NCBI GenBank assembly: GCA_964593365.1
Contig: CAZQGQ010000002.1
Location: forward strand, 21,671-85,670
DNA from: an uncultured Candidatus Saccharibacteria bacterium
Lineage (GTDB): Bacteria > Patescibacteriota > Minisyncoccia > Phycocordibacterales > Phycocordibacteraceae
Reading direction: 5' to 3'
Length of the DNA stretch: 64,000 nucleotides
The notes under the pieces were generated by a model. That model was not told the DNA's origin. It was given only the letters and a program-made list of their open reading frames with translations, and did no database searches. The translations under genes were made by a program, and so were the position numbers. The first letter of the stretch is position 1; each line of letters begins with the position of its first letter. Below, in pieces: positions 42,450-51,922 of this stretch.

Positions 42450-44348
42450 TTATGCAAACAAGGGGAAGCGCTTCGTAAGCGCGTCTATCTGAGAGGAGGT
42501 TCCAAACACCAATACACCAAGCAGCTCAACATCTGCAAACTGCATAAGAGCGGTCTTCTCTGCGATCTTGCGATCGTTCGTGGTCTCAAGCATCTCCCGC
42601 GTGAATGCTCCTACCTGGAGACCTTCGGCTTTCGCCGCTAATAGAAGCGCGTGCAAATCGCTTCCCTCCTCCGTCTGTTTGAGGACAATGGCGTGCTGCA
42701 TGTTAAGCGGAATACGTTCGCCGTCAGCAGTTGCGATCGAGTCTTGTGTGAGTAGTGGTCGACCTTCGCGTATACCAAGCTCAGCAGAAAGATGTGCGAC
42801 TGTGTTTAGCACCTGCCACGGTTCGAGTCCCGTCTTGTTCACAACGGCAACGGCGACCTTCTTTTCCTTTGATGCTTTGCCTCCTCCCTCCTTGGGGCGC
42901 ATGAGCGGGAAAATTTGCGCCTCTCGTACTGATACTCCTTCAAGGAAACTGAAGAGTCGCTCAGAAAGACCGAACCCGAATGCCGGCGGCATACCGTACT
43001 CAAGCGCCTCCACATACGAGGAGTCATTCATCTGCGCCTCCTCATCCCCCTGATCTCGAAGCGATTGCTGGTGCGCGAAGCGGTCAGCCTGATCGACAGG
43101 GTCATTCAGTTCGCTAAATCCTTTGCCCATCTCTGATCCTCCGAAGATGACCTGGAAGCGCTCGACGACCTTCGGATTGTTCGGATCTTTCTTAGCGAGC
43201 GGCTCCATATATGCCGGAACGCCGATCAGGAATCCAGGACCAACTAAGCTCTTTCGTATCTGCTTCCACAGGAGATCGATTCCTCGCTCAAGGTTGAATT
43301 CTTTAGGGTCAAACTGGATGTTCTCTTTCATGAGAGTCGCCCGGACCTCATCAACTGTTGCTTCCAGAGGATGGAGGTCAAACTCCTTCTGTATGAGCGA
43401 ACCATAGTCGTACTCCTTCCAGGGGCTTGCAAAATCAACCTCTACGCCCCTAATGGTGAACCGCTCGGTGCCATACACCGCCCTCGCGATCGTGCGGTAG
43501 AGATCGGTAATCATCTCCATTCCCTTGCGGTAGTCGCTAAAGGCCTCATAAAACTCAAGCTGCGTGTAGTCTTGCAGGTGCTCCGCGGACATTCCCTCAT
43601 TACGAAAAATGCGGCCGATCTCAAACACTTTCGGTAGACCGGCGACCATAAGGCGCTTCTGCCAGAGCTCGCCTGCTGAGATGCGAAGATACACATCGAT
43701 ATCAAGCGCATTGTGATGCGTCACAAACGGTCGAGCGTCTGCTCCTCCCGTCGTCGTTTCAAGAACGGGAGTCTCTACTTCGATATAACCCTTCTCAAGC
43801 AGATAGGAGCGAATGGTATTCCAAAAGAGAGACCTGCGGCGTATGCGCTCTGCAAGATCTGTTGAGAGCAGGATGTCGAGATAGCGCTTGCGGTAGCGCT
43901 CATCCTCATCTTTGATGCCGTACCACTGATCAGGGACCGGACGAAGCGCCTTAGCAGACATACGCCACTCAGACACGAGAAGAGACTTCGTTCCTCGCTC
44001 GGTCGTAAACGCAGTACCAGAGACTTCGATGATGTCGCCAAGATCAACAAAGTCGACAAACGCGTCGTAGTGTTTCTGATCAATCGCATCCTTTTTAAGG
44101 GACGCCTGGACTTTTTCCGTCCCATCAAACAAATCAACGAACATAAGTCCGCCGTGCCCGCGCATGGACATGATGCGTCCGGCAAGCGTTGCTTGTGCAC
44201 CTGTCTTTTCAAGCTCAGCGTGTACCCCAAGAAAACCCCGGCCATCGTGGGTGCGAAGGCTCGTGGCAGGATACGGATCGATCCCCTGCTCTTGCATGCG
44301 GGAGATCTTCTTTAGTCGTTCGGCTCGCACCTCTTCTAGTAGCGCCAT
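42450..44348 (-). CDS. lysS: Lysyl-tRNA synthetase class II with an extra C-terminal domain of about 130 aa
   Basis: 632 aa. OB fold and class II motifs (FRNEG, GGSEMGKGFSELNDP, GFGLSERL) in the first 500 aa or so. An additional domain follows a KEGGGKASKEKK linker. Confidence 0.85.
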   Translation of the reverse strand: MALLEEVRAERLKKISRMQEQGIDPYPATSLRTHDGRGFLGVHAELEKTGAQATLAGRIMSMRGHGGLMFVDLFDGTEKVQASLKKDAIDQKHYDAFVDFVDLGDIIEVSGTAFTTERGTKSLLVSEWRMSAKALRPVPDQWYGIKDEDERYRKRYLDILLSTDLAERIRRRSLFWNTIRSYLLEKGYIEVETPVLETTTGGADARPFVTHHNALDIDVYLRISAGELWQKRLMVAGLPKVFEIGRIFRNEGMSAEHLQDYTQLEFYEAFSDYRKGMEMITDLYRTIARAVYGTERFTIRGVEVDFASPWKEYDYGSLIQKEFDLHPLEATVDEVRATLMKENIQFDPKEFNLERGIDLLWKQIRKSLVGPGFLIGVPAYMEPLAKKDPNNPKVVERFQVIFGGSEMGKGFSELNDPVDQADRFAHQQSLRDQGDEEAQMNDSSYVEALEYGMPPAFGFGLSERLFSFLEGVSVREAQIFPLMRPKEGGGKASKEKKVAVAVVNKTGLEPWQVLNTVAHLSAELGIREGRPLLTQDSIATADGERIPLNMQHAIVLKQTEEGSDLHALLLAAKAEGLQVGAFTREMLETTNDRKIAEKTALMQFADVELLGVLVFGTSSQIDALTKRFPLFA

Positions 44349-44390
44349 GTGCTTCCTAGTATACCCGGTCTAAACCCGCCGAGGCAGGGC

Positions 44391-44861
44391 TTATGCCACC
44401 TTCTGTACCGTATAGGTCTGCTTGCCGTTCGGGGTCTCAAATGTGAATACGTCCCCTTTCTTCTTGCCCATGAGAGCCGCTCCAAGCGGAGAGACGTGGG
44501 AGAGCTTACGGTCGCGCATGTCAGCTTCTTCGCTGCCGACAATCTTGTATTCGTGAGCGTCATCGTTCCCTTCCTTCTTAATGGTGACTGACGAACCGAA
44601 ACCAACGACGTCCTTTTTCTTGCCGTCAGTGATAATCGTTGCTCTCTTCACCAGGTCCTCGAGCTTGCGGATGCGCTCTTCGGTCGCTGCCTGTAACTCT
44701 CGTGCCTCCTGGTATTCGGCGTTCTCAGACAAATCACCTAATGAACGGGCGTATTCGAGGTTCTTAGCAATTTCTGAGCGGCGAACAGTTTTCAAATGAT
44801 CAAGCTCTTTTGCCATCTCGTCGAACTTCTCTTGGCTCACAACAGTATCCTGGTCGCTCAT
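44391..44861 (-). CDS. greA: Transcription elongation factor GreA
   Basis: 156 aa. Coiled-coil N-domain with GDLSENAEY and FKBP-like C-domain. Confidence 0.88.
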   Translation of the reverse strand: MSDQDTVVSQEKFDEMAKELDHLKTVRRSEIAKNLEYARSLGDLSENAEYQEARELQAATEERIRKLEDLVKRATIITDGKKKDVVGFGSSVTIKKEGNDDAHEYKIVGSEEADMRDRKLSHVSPLGAALMGKKKGDVFTFETPNGKQTYTVQKVA

Positions 44862-44910
44862 GAAAGGGTTTTATGAATGTGGGCTTATTGTACGCAGACG
44901 CACACGTACG

Positions 44911-46701
44911 TCAAATAGCGGCAACGGGCGCAAGGCCAAAATATTCGGGTGCCGTCTGTCGAAGTTCAGACAGGACTTGGTACATGACGTAGATACCGCC
45001 AACGGCATTCGTGTTTGGCCCGCGCTCCATCACAACGGCGTACGCGTATTTAGGATCGTCATACGGGAAGAAACCAACAGCCCAGGAGTTATAGAACTCG
45101 TTATTGGCTCCGATCTGCGCCGTTCCGGTTTTCCCTGCAGCCTGCACGTACGACAGAGGATTCAATCCGACCGACGTTCCTTCGGTTACGCCCAGGCGCA
45201 TGCCTTCGCGTGCAATCTGAAGACCTTCCTGGTTGATAGCGATGGTTTCGCCGCGAATCATCGAGTCTTTAATGATACTCGTTTGCAGCAGCTTCCCATT
45301 GTTTGCAACCGCAGCGATCGCACGAACGGCTTCAAGCACTGTGATCTGCATTGCGTACTGCCCGATTGCCGTGTGATACGTGTTTCCAATGCGCCACGGC
45401 TCGTCATAGGTTTCTTCCTTCCAGGCGGGAGTTGGCACGAAGCCCTCTGCTTCGTTTCCAATCTCAATACCTGTTGGCGACGTAAGACCGAATGCTTTGT
45501 ACCAGTACGCGAGTCGCTCGATCCCTAATCCGGGCTGGCCGCCAAACCCTCCGCCAACAGTATAGAAATAGACGTCTGAGGAATACGCGACTGCGCTTCG
45601 CATGTTCATCGCACCGAGCGCTTTCCAATCGCGGAAGATAGTGGGGTTTGAGGGATCATACACGTTTGGCACTGAGATCTGCCCCGTGGAGACGATGATC
45701 TTCTCGGGAGAAATGATGCCGTCGTTAAAGACGCCAGCAGCGATCATGGGCTTTACGATCGAGCCTGGCGTGTAAAGACCCGCAACTGGACGATTCAAAT
45801 ACGGCTCTCGAGGGTCGCTCAGATACGACTGAATGGTCTCAGAGGGAGAGCCGGTGGAAAGAACGTTTGAGTCAGGCTCAGGATACGAGACAAGCGCATG
45901 CAGTTCTCCGGTACGAACATCCATAAGCACCCCTGCCCCGCCACGAAATGGAATGCGGTCAGCAAGCTCAGAGATAGCGTCGTAAAACGCTTGCTGGGCT
46001 CGTGCGTCAAGCGAAAGCGCCACCGTGTCCCCATCTTTGACTGGAATCACGCTTCCCTCAGATACGATATTTCCAAGCGCGTCCTCCTCGACCAAATGCT
46101 TACCGTTTACGCCAGCAAGAACAGCATTAAATGTCTTCTCAGCGCCCGACACACCCGTAATCTCCGTCTCATAGTAATTGCCGGAGCTATCTTTCTTAGG
46201 GTACGACACATAGCCGAGTACCGTTCCAAAGCCCGGAGCTTTGTACACGCGAAGCGGGAATCCTTCTTCAACCGCTTCGTTTGACGCGAGGACGACACCA
46301 TTTCGATCGGTTATCGCGCCGCGCGCAGCGAACATGATCTCTGGACGAAGCCGGTTGCGCTCGCTCTGAGCGGCATAGGCGTCTCCTTTATAGATCTCAA
46401 GCACGCCCGCCTGAACAAACAGAATTAAAAAGAGAACGAGTACTGTGACCGAGAGACTGATGTGCGTAAACCGCGAAAGAGGCCGGACGATCTGCCCTTC
46501 AAGGCGGTCCTGGTCGAAGTCGGGCAGGTTTGATGAATCAAGAAATATCTCATCGGGCGCAAGTTCATACTCGCGCTTTCGGTGTCGTTTGCCTCTTCCA
46601 AATATCTTCACGACCCTATGATACGCGTTTTTACGAAACGGCGCACGAGAATGCCAAGCAAGGTCAATACAGCTCCCGTTAGGATCCCCACGGGAAGCCA
46701 C
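44911..46701 (-). CDS. mrdA: Penicillin-binding protein 2 (elongasome transpeptidase)
   Basis: 596 aa. TM, dimerisation and transpeptidase domains. Adjacent to mreDCB. The 5' end overlaps mreD by 94 nt, so one of the two starts is miscalled. Confidence 0.75.
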   Translation of the reverse strand: MASRGDPNGSCIDLAWHSRAPFRKNAYHRVVKIFGRGKRHRKREYELAPDEIFLDSSNLPDFDQDRLEGQIVRPLSRFTHISLSVTVLVLFLILFVQAGVLEIYKGDAYAAQSERNRLRPEIMFAARGAITDRNGVVLASNEAVEEGFPLRVYKAPGFGTVLGYVSYPKKDSSGNYYETEITGVSGAEKTFNAVLAGVNGKHLVEEDALGNIVSEGSVIPVKDGDTVALSLDARAQQAFYDAISELADRIPFRGGAGVLMDVRTGELHALVSYPEPDSNVLSTGSPSETIQSYLSDPREPYLNRPVAGLYTPGSIVKPMIAAGVFNDGIISPEKIIVSTGQISVPNVYDPSNPTIFRDWKALGAMNMRSAVAYSSDVYFYTVGGGFGGQPGLGIERLAYWYKAFGLTSPTGIEIGNEAEGFVPTPAWKEETYDEPWRIGNTYHTAIGQYAMQITVLEAVRAIAAVANNGKLLQTSIIKDSMIRGETIAINQEGLQIAREGMRLGVTEGTSVGLNPLSYVQAAGKTGTAQIGANNEFYNSWAVGFFPYDDPKYAYAVVMERGPNTNAVGGIYVMYQVLSELRQTAPEYFGLAPVAAI

Positions 46702-46862
46702 GAGGCGCCTGACGTGTAGTAGAGGGCATCAACCAGAAGGCCGATCATGATGCCTACCGGCGGGAGCAGCAGAGACGCTACGAGCGCCAAGATAAGAGTT
46801 GCGGGGTATGGAAAGAGAAAGGGAGAAAGGAATGCTGCCGCGATCAAGATGATGCGGATCAT
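46608..46862 (-). CDS. mreD: Rod shape-determining protein MreD-like
   Basis: 84 aa, hydrophobic 3-TM protein between mreC and mrdA. Shorter than typical MreD. Confidence 0.5.
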   Translation of the reverse strand: MIRIILIAAAFLSPFLFPYPATLILALVASLLLPPVGIMIGLLVDALYYTSGASWLPVGILTGAVLTLLGILVRRFVKTRIIGS

Positions 46863-47605
46863 AGCGGGTCTGCAATACGAACCCAGGTAAGCATGAAGGG
46901 ATTGACTGACGGGCGGATCGAAAGCGTAGCGTGGGGCGCTGAAGCGCTTGTCTTTACGCGGGCCACCGTACCAACGGGAACCGCGCCGGGTCCTGGAAGA
47001 TACACGACGGCCCCTTCAACGACTCCTGCGTCACTTGCCACCGTTGCGCTCCAGAGCCCGCCTCCCTGCCCTTCAAGCGTGATAGGAATACGCTCTTCAC
47101 CCACCCATCCCTCAGTCGTTCGTCCGGAAGCTGAATAGAGCGCGACGCGCGAACGCGACTGCGAGATATTCCCAACGGTACCGATTGGAATCTCTCCTGG
47201 TGCATACACCAGTGACCCCTCGGTTACGCCTTCCTTGGTTCCCGCACCAACGACTAGAACGTCATAGGGAGCAAGCGGCGGACGAGCAAGCACTCCAGCT
47301 AATACTCCCGATGCGTCAAAGGGAGCAACGTCGGCAAGACGCGCAGCAAGCATCTCGTTTTCTCGTAGCAGCACTTCGTTTTCTATGCGGAGCGTATCGC
47401 GCTCTTGCATAACGGCTGCTGCCCCTTCAGGAAACGCAAGCGTTGCCGTTGCGGCAGATCCCATACGCCAGAGGGGGTCGCCAAGCGCGGCGAGTGCCCC
47501 TGGAAATACGAAACGAAGAATGAGAAGGAGGAGTACGAAAAAACCAATAGCGCCAACCGCAAGTCCGCCCTTGAATTTAGGCCTTCGGGAGAATGACGTC
47601 TTCAT
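46859..47605 (-). CDS. mreC: Rod shape-determining protein MreC
   Basis: 248 aa. N-terminal TM, coiled-coil (RIENEVLLRENEMLAARL) and beta-rich C-domain. Confidence 0.75.
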   Translation of the reverse strand: MKTSFSRRPKFKGGLAVGAIGFFVLLLLILRFVFPGALAALGDPLWRMGSAATATLAFPEGAAAVMQERDTLRIENEVLLRENEMLAARLADVAPFDASGVLAGVLARPPLAPYDVLVVGAGTKEGVTEGSLVYAPGEIPIGTVGNISQSRSRVALYSASGRTTEGWVGEERIPITLEGQGGGLWSATVASDAGVVEGAVVYLPGPGAVPVGTVARVKTSASAPHATLSIRPSVNPFMLTWVRIADPL

Positions 47606-48632
47606 AGAGGAACATGCCGTGCCATGGGCGCGGGTCTTCGGTTATGATGCCGGTCCCGCGAACCACGGCGGTAAGCGGATCGGTTGCAACAAACACGGGA
47701 ACGCCAAGCATTTTAGAGAGAAGCGTTGGAAGCCCTCGAAGCAACGCTCCCCCGCCAAAGACGGTTACGCCGCGTTCAAGAACGTCCGAGAGAAGCTCGG
47801 GAGGCGTTGATTCGATTACTTCCTTCATCGCTTCCATGATCTGATCAAGGGAAGGCTGCAAGGCTTCGCGCACATGGGTGTCCGTCAGGATAATTTCTCG
47901 CGGAAGCCCGGTTGCAAGGTCGCGACCACGAACCGTGCGCTCAAGTGGAGTATCAAGCGGGAGCACGGCGCCGATAGCGATCTTCACGTCCTCGGCAGTA
48001 CGCTCGCCAATGGCAAGCTGGAACTCGCTGCGGACAAACTCGATAATGTCGTTGTTGAAGCGATCCCCGGCGACATGCGAGCTTTTTGATGCGACGGTTC
48101 CCCCAAGCGAGAGCACCGCGATGTCGATTGTGCCGCCACCAATATCAAGCACCATGGTTCCGACAGGGTCATGCACCGGGAGCTTCGCGCCGATTGCGCC
48201 AGCAACCGGTTCCTCGATGATGAACACTTCACGTGCGCCGGCTGCCATGGCAGCGTCTCGCACCGCACGACTCTCGACGTTTGTGACACCTGTCGGAACA
48301 CCAATCACAACGCGAGGACCCAAGATGCGTGTGCGGTCTCCCTGCGCTTTGCGGATGAGGTACGCAAGCAACTCCTCAGTCACTTCGAAGTCTGAGATAA
48401 CGCCGTTTGAAAGCGGACGAACTGCGCGAATGTGCGGAGGCGTCTTCCCGAGCATCGCTTTCGCTTCCTTCCCGATTGCTACCACCTGCCCGGTCTTATC
48501 GTTCACTGCAACGACTGATGGCTCATTCAAGACAACCCCCTTTCCTCGAACATAGACGAGGGTGTTCGCCGTTCCAAGATCGATACCAATATCGGTCGAG
48601 AACAGGGAGTTTTTGGAAATGCGCTTTGCCAT
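47577..48632 (-). CDS. mreB: Rod shape-determining protein MreB
   Basis: 351 aa actin fold. IGIDLGTANTLVYV and DIGGGTTDIAV motifs. Confidence 0.9.
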   Translation of the reverse strand: MAKRISKNSLFSTDIGIDLGTANTLVYVRGKGVVLNEPSVVAVNDKTGQVVAIGKEAKAMLGKTPPHIRAVRPLSNGVISDFEVTEELLAYLIRKAQGDRTRILGPRVVIGVPTGVTNVESRAVRDAAMAAGAREVFIIEEPVAGAIGAKLPVHDPVGTMVLDIGGGTIDIAVLSLGGTVASKSSHVAGDRFNNDIIEFVRSEFQLAIGERTAEDVKIAIGAVLPLDTPLERTVRGRDLATGLPREIILTDTHVREALQPSLDQIMEAMKEVIESTPPELLSDVLERGVTVFGGGALLRGLPTLLSKMLGVPVFVATDPLTAVVRGTGIITEDPRPWHGMFLYEDVILPKA

Positions 48633-48633
48633 A

Positions 48634-49878
48634 TTAGAAGGCTAGAAGCTCGTCACGTGAGACTTTCTTGGTCTCGCCCGTCTTTCGGTTCACGAGCTCA
48701 AGCTGCCCGCTTGCTTTGGTTTCTTTTCCGACGTTCACTCGGTACGGGATGCCGATCAAGTCTGAGTCTGCAAACTTCTCTCCAGCGCGAGCATCGCGAT
48801 CGTCATAGAGAACGGTTGATCCTTTCTTCTGAAGATCAGCGTAGAGCGCGTCTGCAAACGCTACCGACTCAGCATCGTCTGGAAGCAGCGAAAGGAGATG
48901 GAAACGGAACGGAGCGACTGATTCTGGCCAGACGATTCCCTTATCGTCAGCAAGCAGCTCGACAATCGTACCCATGAGGCGTCCGAGGCCAATCCCGTAT
49001 GCGCCATAAACTACCGGCTTCACGGTGCCATCTTCGTCAGTAAACGTAACGCCAAGTTCCTTGGTATAGCGGGTTCCGTACTTAAAGATATTTCCTACTT
49101 CAATGGACTTCGCTTCCTTCAGATTCTCCCGTTTCACGCCAAGACCGGCGAGGATTTCGTCTTGCATTACCTCGTCGTTTACCGCAATGCCCTTCTCTTC
49201 ATCTATATAAATCACGTCTTCGCCAGCATCACAGATGGTCTGGAATTCATGGCTGAACTTGCTGAACATGCCGCCTGAAGCAAACGTTACGTAGGTTTTA
49301 TCGCCGATTCCAGCCCGGTCATACACCCGCTTATAGGCTTCAACTGCTTTCTCATAGAATGCATCCAGCTCCTCTTCGCTCTTATTAAAGGAATACATAT
49401 CCTTCATAAGGAACTCGCGCCCGCGCATAATGCCTGACTTTGCGCGAAGCTCGTTACGGAACTTAGTCTGGAACTGGTAGGTGTAGCGTGGAAGATCTCG
49501 ATACGAAGCAATATGCTCGCGAATCATGCGTGCCATCGGTTCTTCGTGGGTGCATCCAAGACCAAGCTCGTTTCCGTTCTTAAGCTTTGTCTTAAACCAC
49601 ACATCTACTTTTTCATCATCCCAGCGATCAGTCGCCTTCCACAGTTCTGGATCTTGAAGCGCTGAGAGCGATACTTCCTGTCCACCGATACTATTCATCT
49701 CTTCCCGGATGATGGTGCGGATGTTATCGAGAACTCGAAGGCCAAGCGGCAAGTAGTCATACACTCCCGCCATCTCCTTATGCACAAAGCCTGCGCGAAT
49801 GAGGAGCTGCGCGTTTTTGGCTACCTCATCTGAGGGCGCCTCGCGCCTCGTTTTTGTGAAAAGCTCCGATTGCCGCAT
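48634..49878 (-). CDS. proS: Prolyl-tRNA synthetase, bacterial type lacking the INS editing domain
   Basis: 414 aa. Class II motifs (FRNELRAKSGIMRGREFLMKDMYSF) and a C-terminal anticodon-binding domain. Confidence 0.85.
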   Translation of the reverse strand: MRQSELFTKTRREAPSDEVAKNAQLLIRAGFVHKEMAGVYDYLPLGLRVLDNIRTIIREEMNSIGGQEVSLSALQDPELWKATDRWDDEKVDVWFKTKLKNGNELGLGCTHEEPMARMIREHIASYRDLPRYTYQFQTKFRNELRAKSGIMRGREFLMKDMYSFNKSEEELDAFYEKAVEAYKRVYDRAGIGDKTYVTFASGGMFSKFSHEFQTICDAGEDVIYIDEEKGIAVNDEVMQDEILAGLGVKRENLKEAKSIEVGNIFKYGTRYTKELGVTFTDEDGTVKPVVYGAYGIGLGRLMGTIVELLADDKGIVWPESVAPFRFHLLSLLPDDAESVAFADALYADLQKKGSTVLYDDRDARAGEKFADSDLIGIPYRVNVGKETKASGQLELVNRKTGETKKVSRDELLAF

Positions 49879-49924
49879 AGTCGCTCTAGTATAAGCCGGC
49901 AGCTACTTTGCCGCAAAACGAGCT

Positions 49925-50254
49925 TTAGGCGAGCCTGGCGCCTAGACCCACTTCTTGGTCAGGCACGGCCAATACGACCGACCCGTCGTCTCGATAGAAT
50001 CCGGTCGTCAATACCTCAGAGACGAACGGTCCGATGCTTCGGGGCGGAAAGTTAGTGACGCACACTACAAGCTTTCCGATGAGCTCGGCAGGAGTATAAA
50101 GGTCCGTTATCTGCGCGCTTGATGACTTCACGCCGAAATCTCCAAAATCTATGCGCAGCTTGTATGCGGGTTTGCGAGCTTCGGGGAATTCTTCTGCCTC
50201 GATGATCTTTCCAACACGCAATTCTATCTGTTCGAAGTCTTCGATAGTCGCCAT
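49925..50254 (-). CDS. csaA: tRNA-binding protein CsaA (Trbp111/MetRS-C-like OB fold)
   Basis: 109 aa. DLRVGKIIEAE ... KLRIDFGD pattern. Confidence 0.75.
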   Translation of the reverse strand: MATIEDFEQIELRVGKIIEAEEFPEARKPAYKLRIDFGDFGVKSSSAQITDLYTPAELIGKLVVCVTNFPPRSIGPFVSEVLTTGFYRDDGSVVLAVPDQEVGLGARLA

Positions 50255-50261
50255 ACCTTTC

Positions 50262-51356
50262 CTACAGGAGTTTCAAGATATCGCTTGCGGTAATTACAAC
50301 CATAAGAAGGATAAGGAGCGCGAACCCGATGCCGTTCACAGCACCAGCTACTTTCGCAGAAATGGGACGGCGAGTTATCGCTTCGATCAACACAAAGAGA
50401 AGCCGTCCACCATCAAGCGCTGGAATAGGTATGAGATTGATGAGCGCGAGGTTGATTGAAATGACCGCGGTCAAGGAAAGAAGCGCGAGGAGCCCGCTTG
50501 CAGAAGCATCCCCCACTGCTCCGGCAATGCCGATGGGTCCTGCAACTTGTGATAGATCAGCAGTAAACGTGAAGATGCTTCCGAAGAAATGGATGAGTCC
50601 CTCGCCTATAGCAAGCGTTGCTGTCGTTGTGACTTTTGCGCCTTCTATCGGAGCTTCAAGCAGGGGGACGGGCGTGCTGGTCACCGTTGCGACCCCGACG
50701 CCAAGCGCCGCGCGTGAAGGATCTTCGGCTATGGTTCCCACTTCCGGACGAGCTGAAAGAATGAGCGTTTCTCCATCTCGAAGAATGGTGAGCCCGAGAC
50801 CTTGTTCTCCTCCCTGCGCGATAAACGCAGTAAAAGATTCGGCGGTAGCCCCTTCAAATAGCGTGTCTCCCGCCTGGGCGCCCACCACCTCATCTCCCGC
50901 CTGTAGGCCGGCGCGCTCTGCAGGAGATCCGGCAATGACGCGTGAAATAACGATCTGAGAATCAGCGACTTGGAGTGCTTCTTCGGCTGAAATGGTACGA
51001 GGCATGCCGCCTGCAAGCGTTATGGAAAGCAATACCCACGCAAATACCAGGTTCATCGCAATACCTGCAACAAGCACAAGTGCCTGCTGCCACTTGGGCT
51101 TTGCGGCAAAAGAATCTGCAGAGGGAGCTGCGCCCGGTTCTCCGTCTTCGCCAAAGATCTTCACGAATCCGCCAAACGGAAGCCAGTTCAGCGTGTAGTC
51201 GGTGCCGCCCTTGCGATAAAAGGTCATCGCGCGGGGCGGATATCCGATCCCGAACTCATCAACGCGCATCTTGAACACCTTTGCAGCGATAAGGTGGCCG
51301 AACTCGTGCACCACAATGAGTGCGACGAGGACTACTATAAAAAGAATGATGCTCAT
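50262..51356 (-). CDS. rseP: RIP zinc metalloprotease RseP (site-2 protease, M50)
   Basis: 364 aa. HEFGHLIAAK zinc motif, PDZ domain, C-terminal LDGG motif. Confidence 0.85.
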   Translation of the reverse strand: MSIILFIVVLVALIVVHEFGHLIAAKVFKMRVDEFGIGYPPRAMTFYRKGGTDYTLNWLPFGGFVKIFGEDGEPGAAPSADSFAAKPKWQQALVLVAGIAMNLVFAWVLLSITLAGGMPRTISAEEALQVADSQIVISRVIAGSPAERAGLQAGDEVVGAQAGDTLFEGATAESFTAFIAQGGEQGLGLTILRDGETLILSARPEVGTIAEDPSRAALGVGVATVTSTPVPLLEAPIEGAKVTTTATLAIGEGLIHFFGSIFTFTADLSQVAGPIGIAGAVGDASASGLLALLSLTAVISINLALINLIPIPALDGGRLLFVLIEAITRRPISAKVAGAVNGIGFALLILLMVVITASDILKLL

Positions 51357-51365
51357 GAGGCAGTG

Positions 51366-51917
51366 CTACTGAGAGATCTCTTCCTCCTTCTTGGTGAGCA
51401 GCGTATCAAGTGATTTCATCGCTTCATCGATCAGCTTCTGCACGTCATCTTTCAGGCGCTTCAGATCGTCTTCGCCCATGCCTCCCTCCTTCTCTTCTGC
51501 TTCCAATACTTTGATTGCATCTCCTCGATGTCCTCGCAAGGTAACGCGCGCATGCTCGAGCTTCTCGTTTGCAAGCTTCTTGAGCATGGTGCGGCGTTCG
51601 GCGGTGAGTTCAGGGAAGATCACGCGAAGACCCGAATCATCTGCCATCGCAGAGACGCCAAGGTCAGCCTCGGTGATCGCCTTCTCTATTGCCTTCGATA
51701 CTTCCTTGTCCCAAGGAATGATGCGGATCGTGCGAGCGTCTTCAACTGAAATGGAAGCTAGCTCCTGGAGGGACATGCGGTTGCCGTACGCTTCGGCTCG
51801 GACAGAAGAAAGGAGCGTCGGGGTTGCGCGCCCGGTACGGATGCCGGAAAACTCCCGAGTAAGCCATTCCTCGGTTTCCTTGATGTGGTTCTTGAGCTTA
51901 GAAAAGTCGTATGCCAT
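51366..51917 (-). CDS. frr: Ribosome recycling factor
   Basis: 183 aa with the characteristic RRF sequence pattern. Confidence 0.88.
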   Translation of the reverse strand: MAYDFSKLKNHIKETEEWLTREFSGIRTGRATPTLLSSVRAEAYGNRMSLQELASISVEDARTIRIIPWDKEVSKAIEKAITEADLGVSAMADDSGLRVIFPELTAERRTMLKKLANEKLEHARVTLRGHRGDAIKVLEAEEKEGGMGEDDLKRLKDDVQKLIDEAMKSLDTLLTKKEEEISQ

Positions 51918-51922
51918 TACCC

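Noticed and set aside
46608-46701. 94-nt overlap between the mreD and mrdA calls
   Set aside because: This is probably a miscalled start (a GTG/TTG start for mrdA further downstream) rather than a biological overlap or frameshift. It cannot be resolved without alignment.
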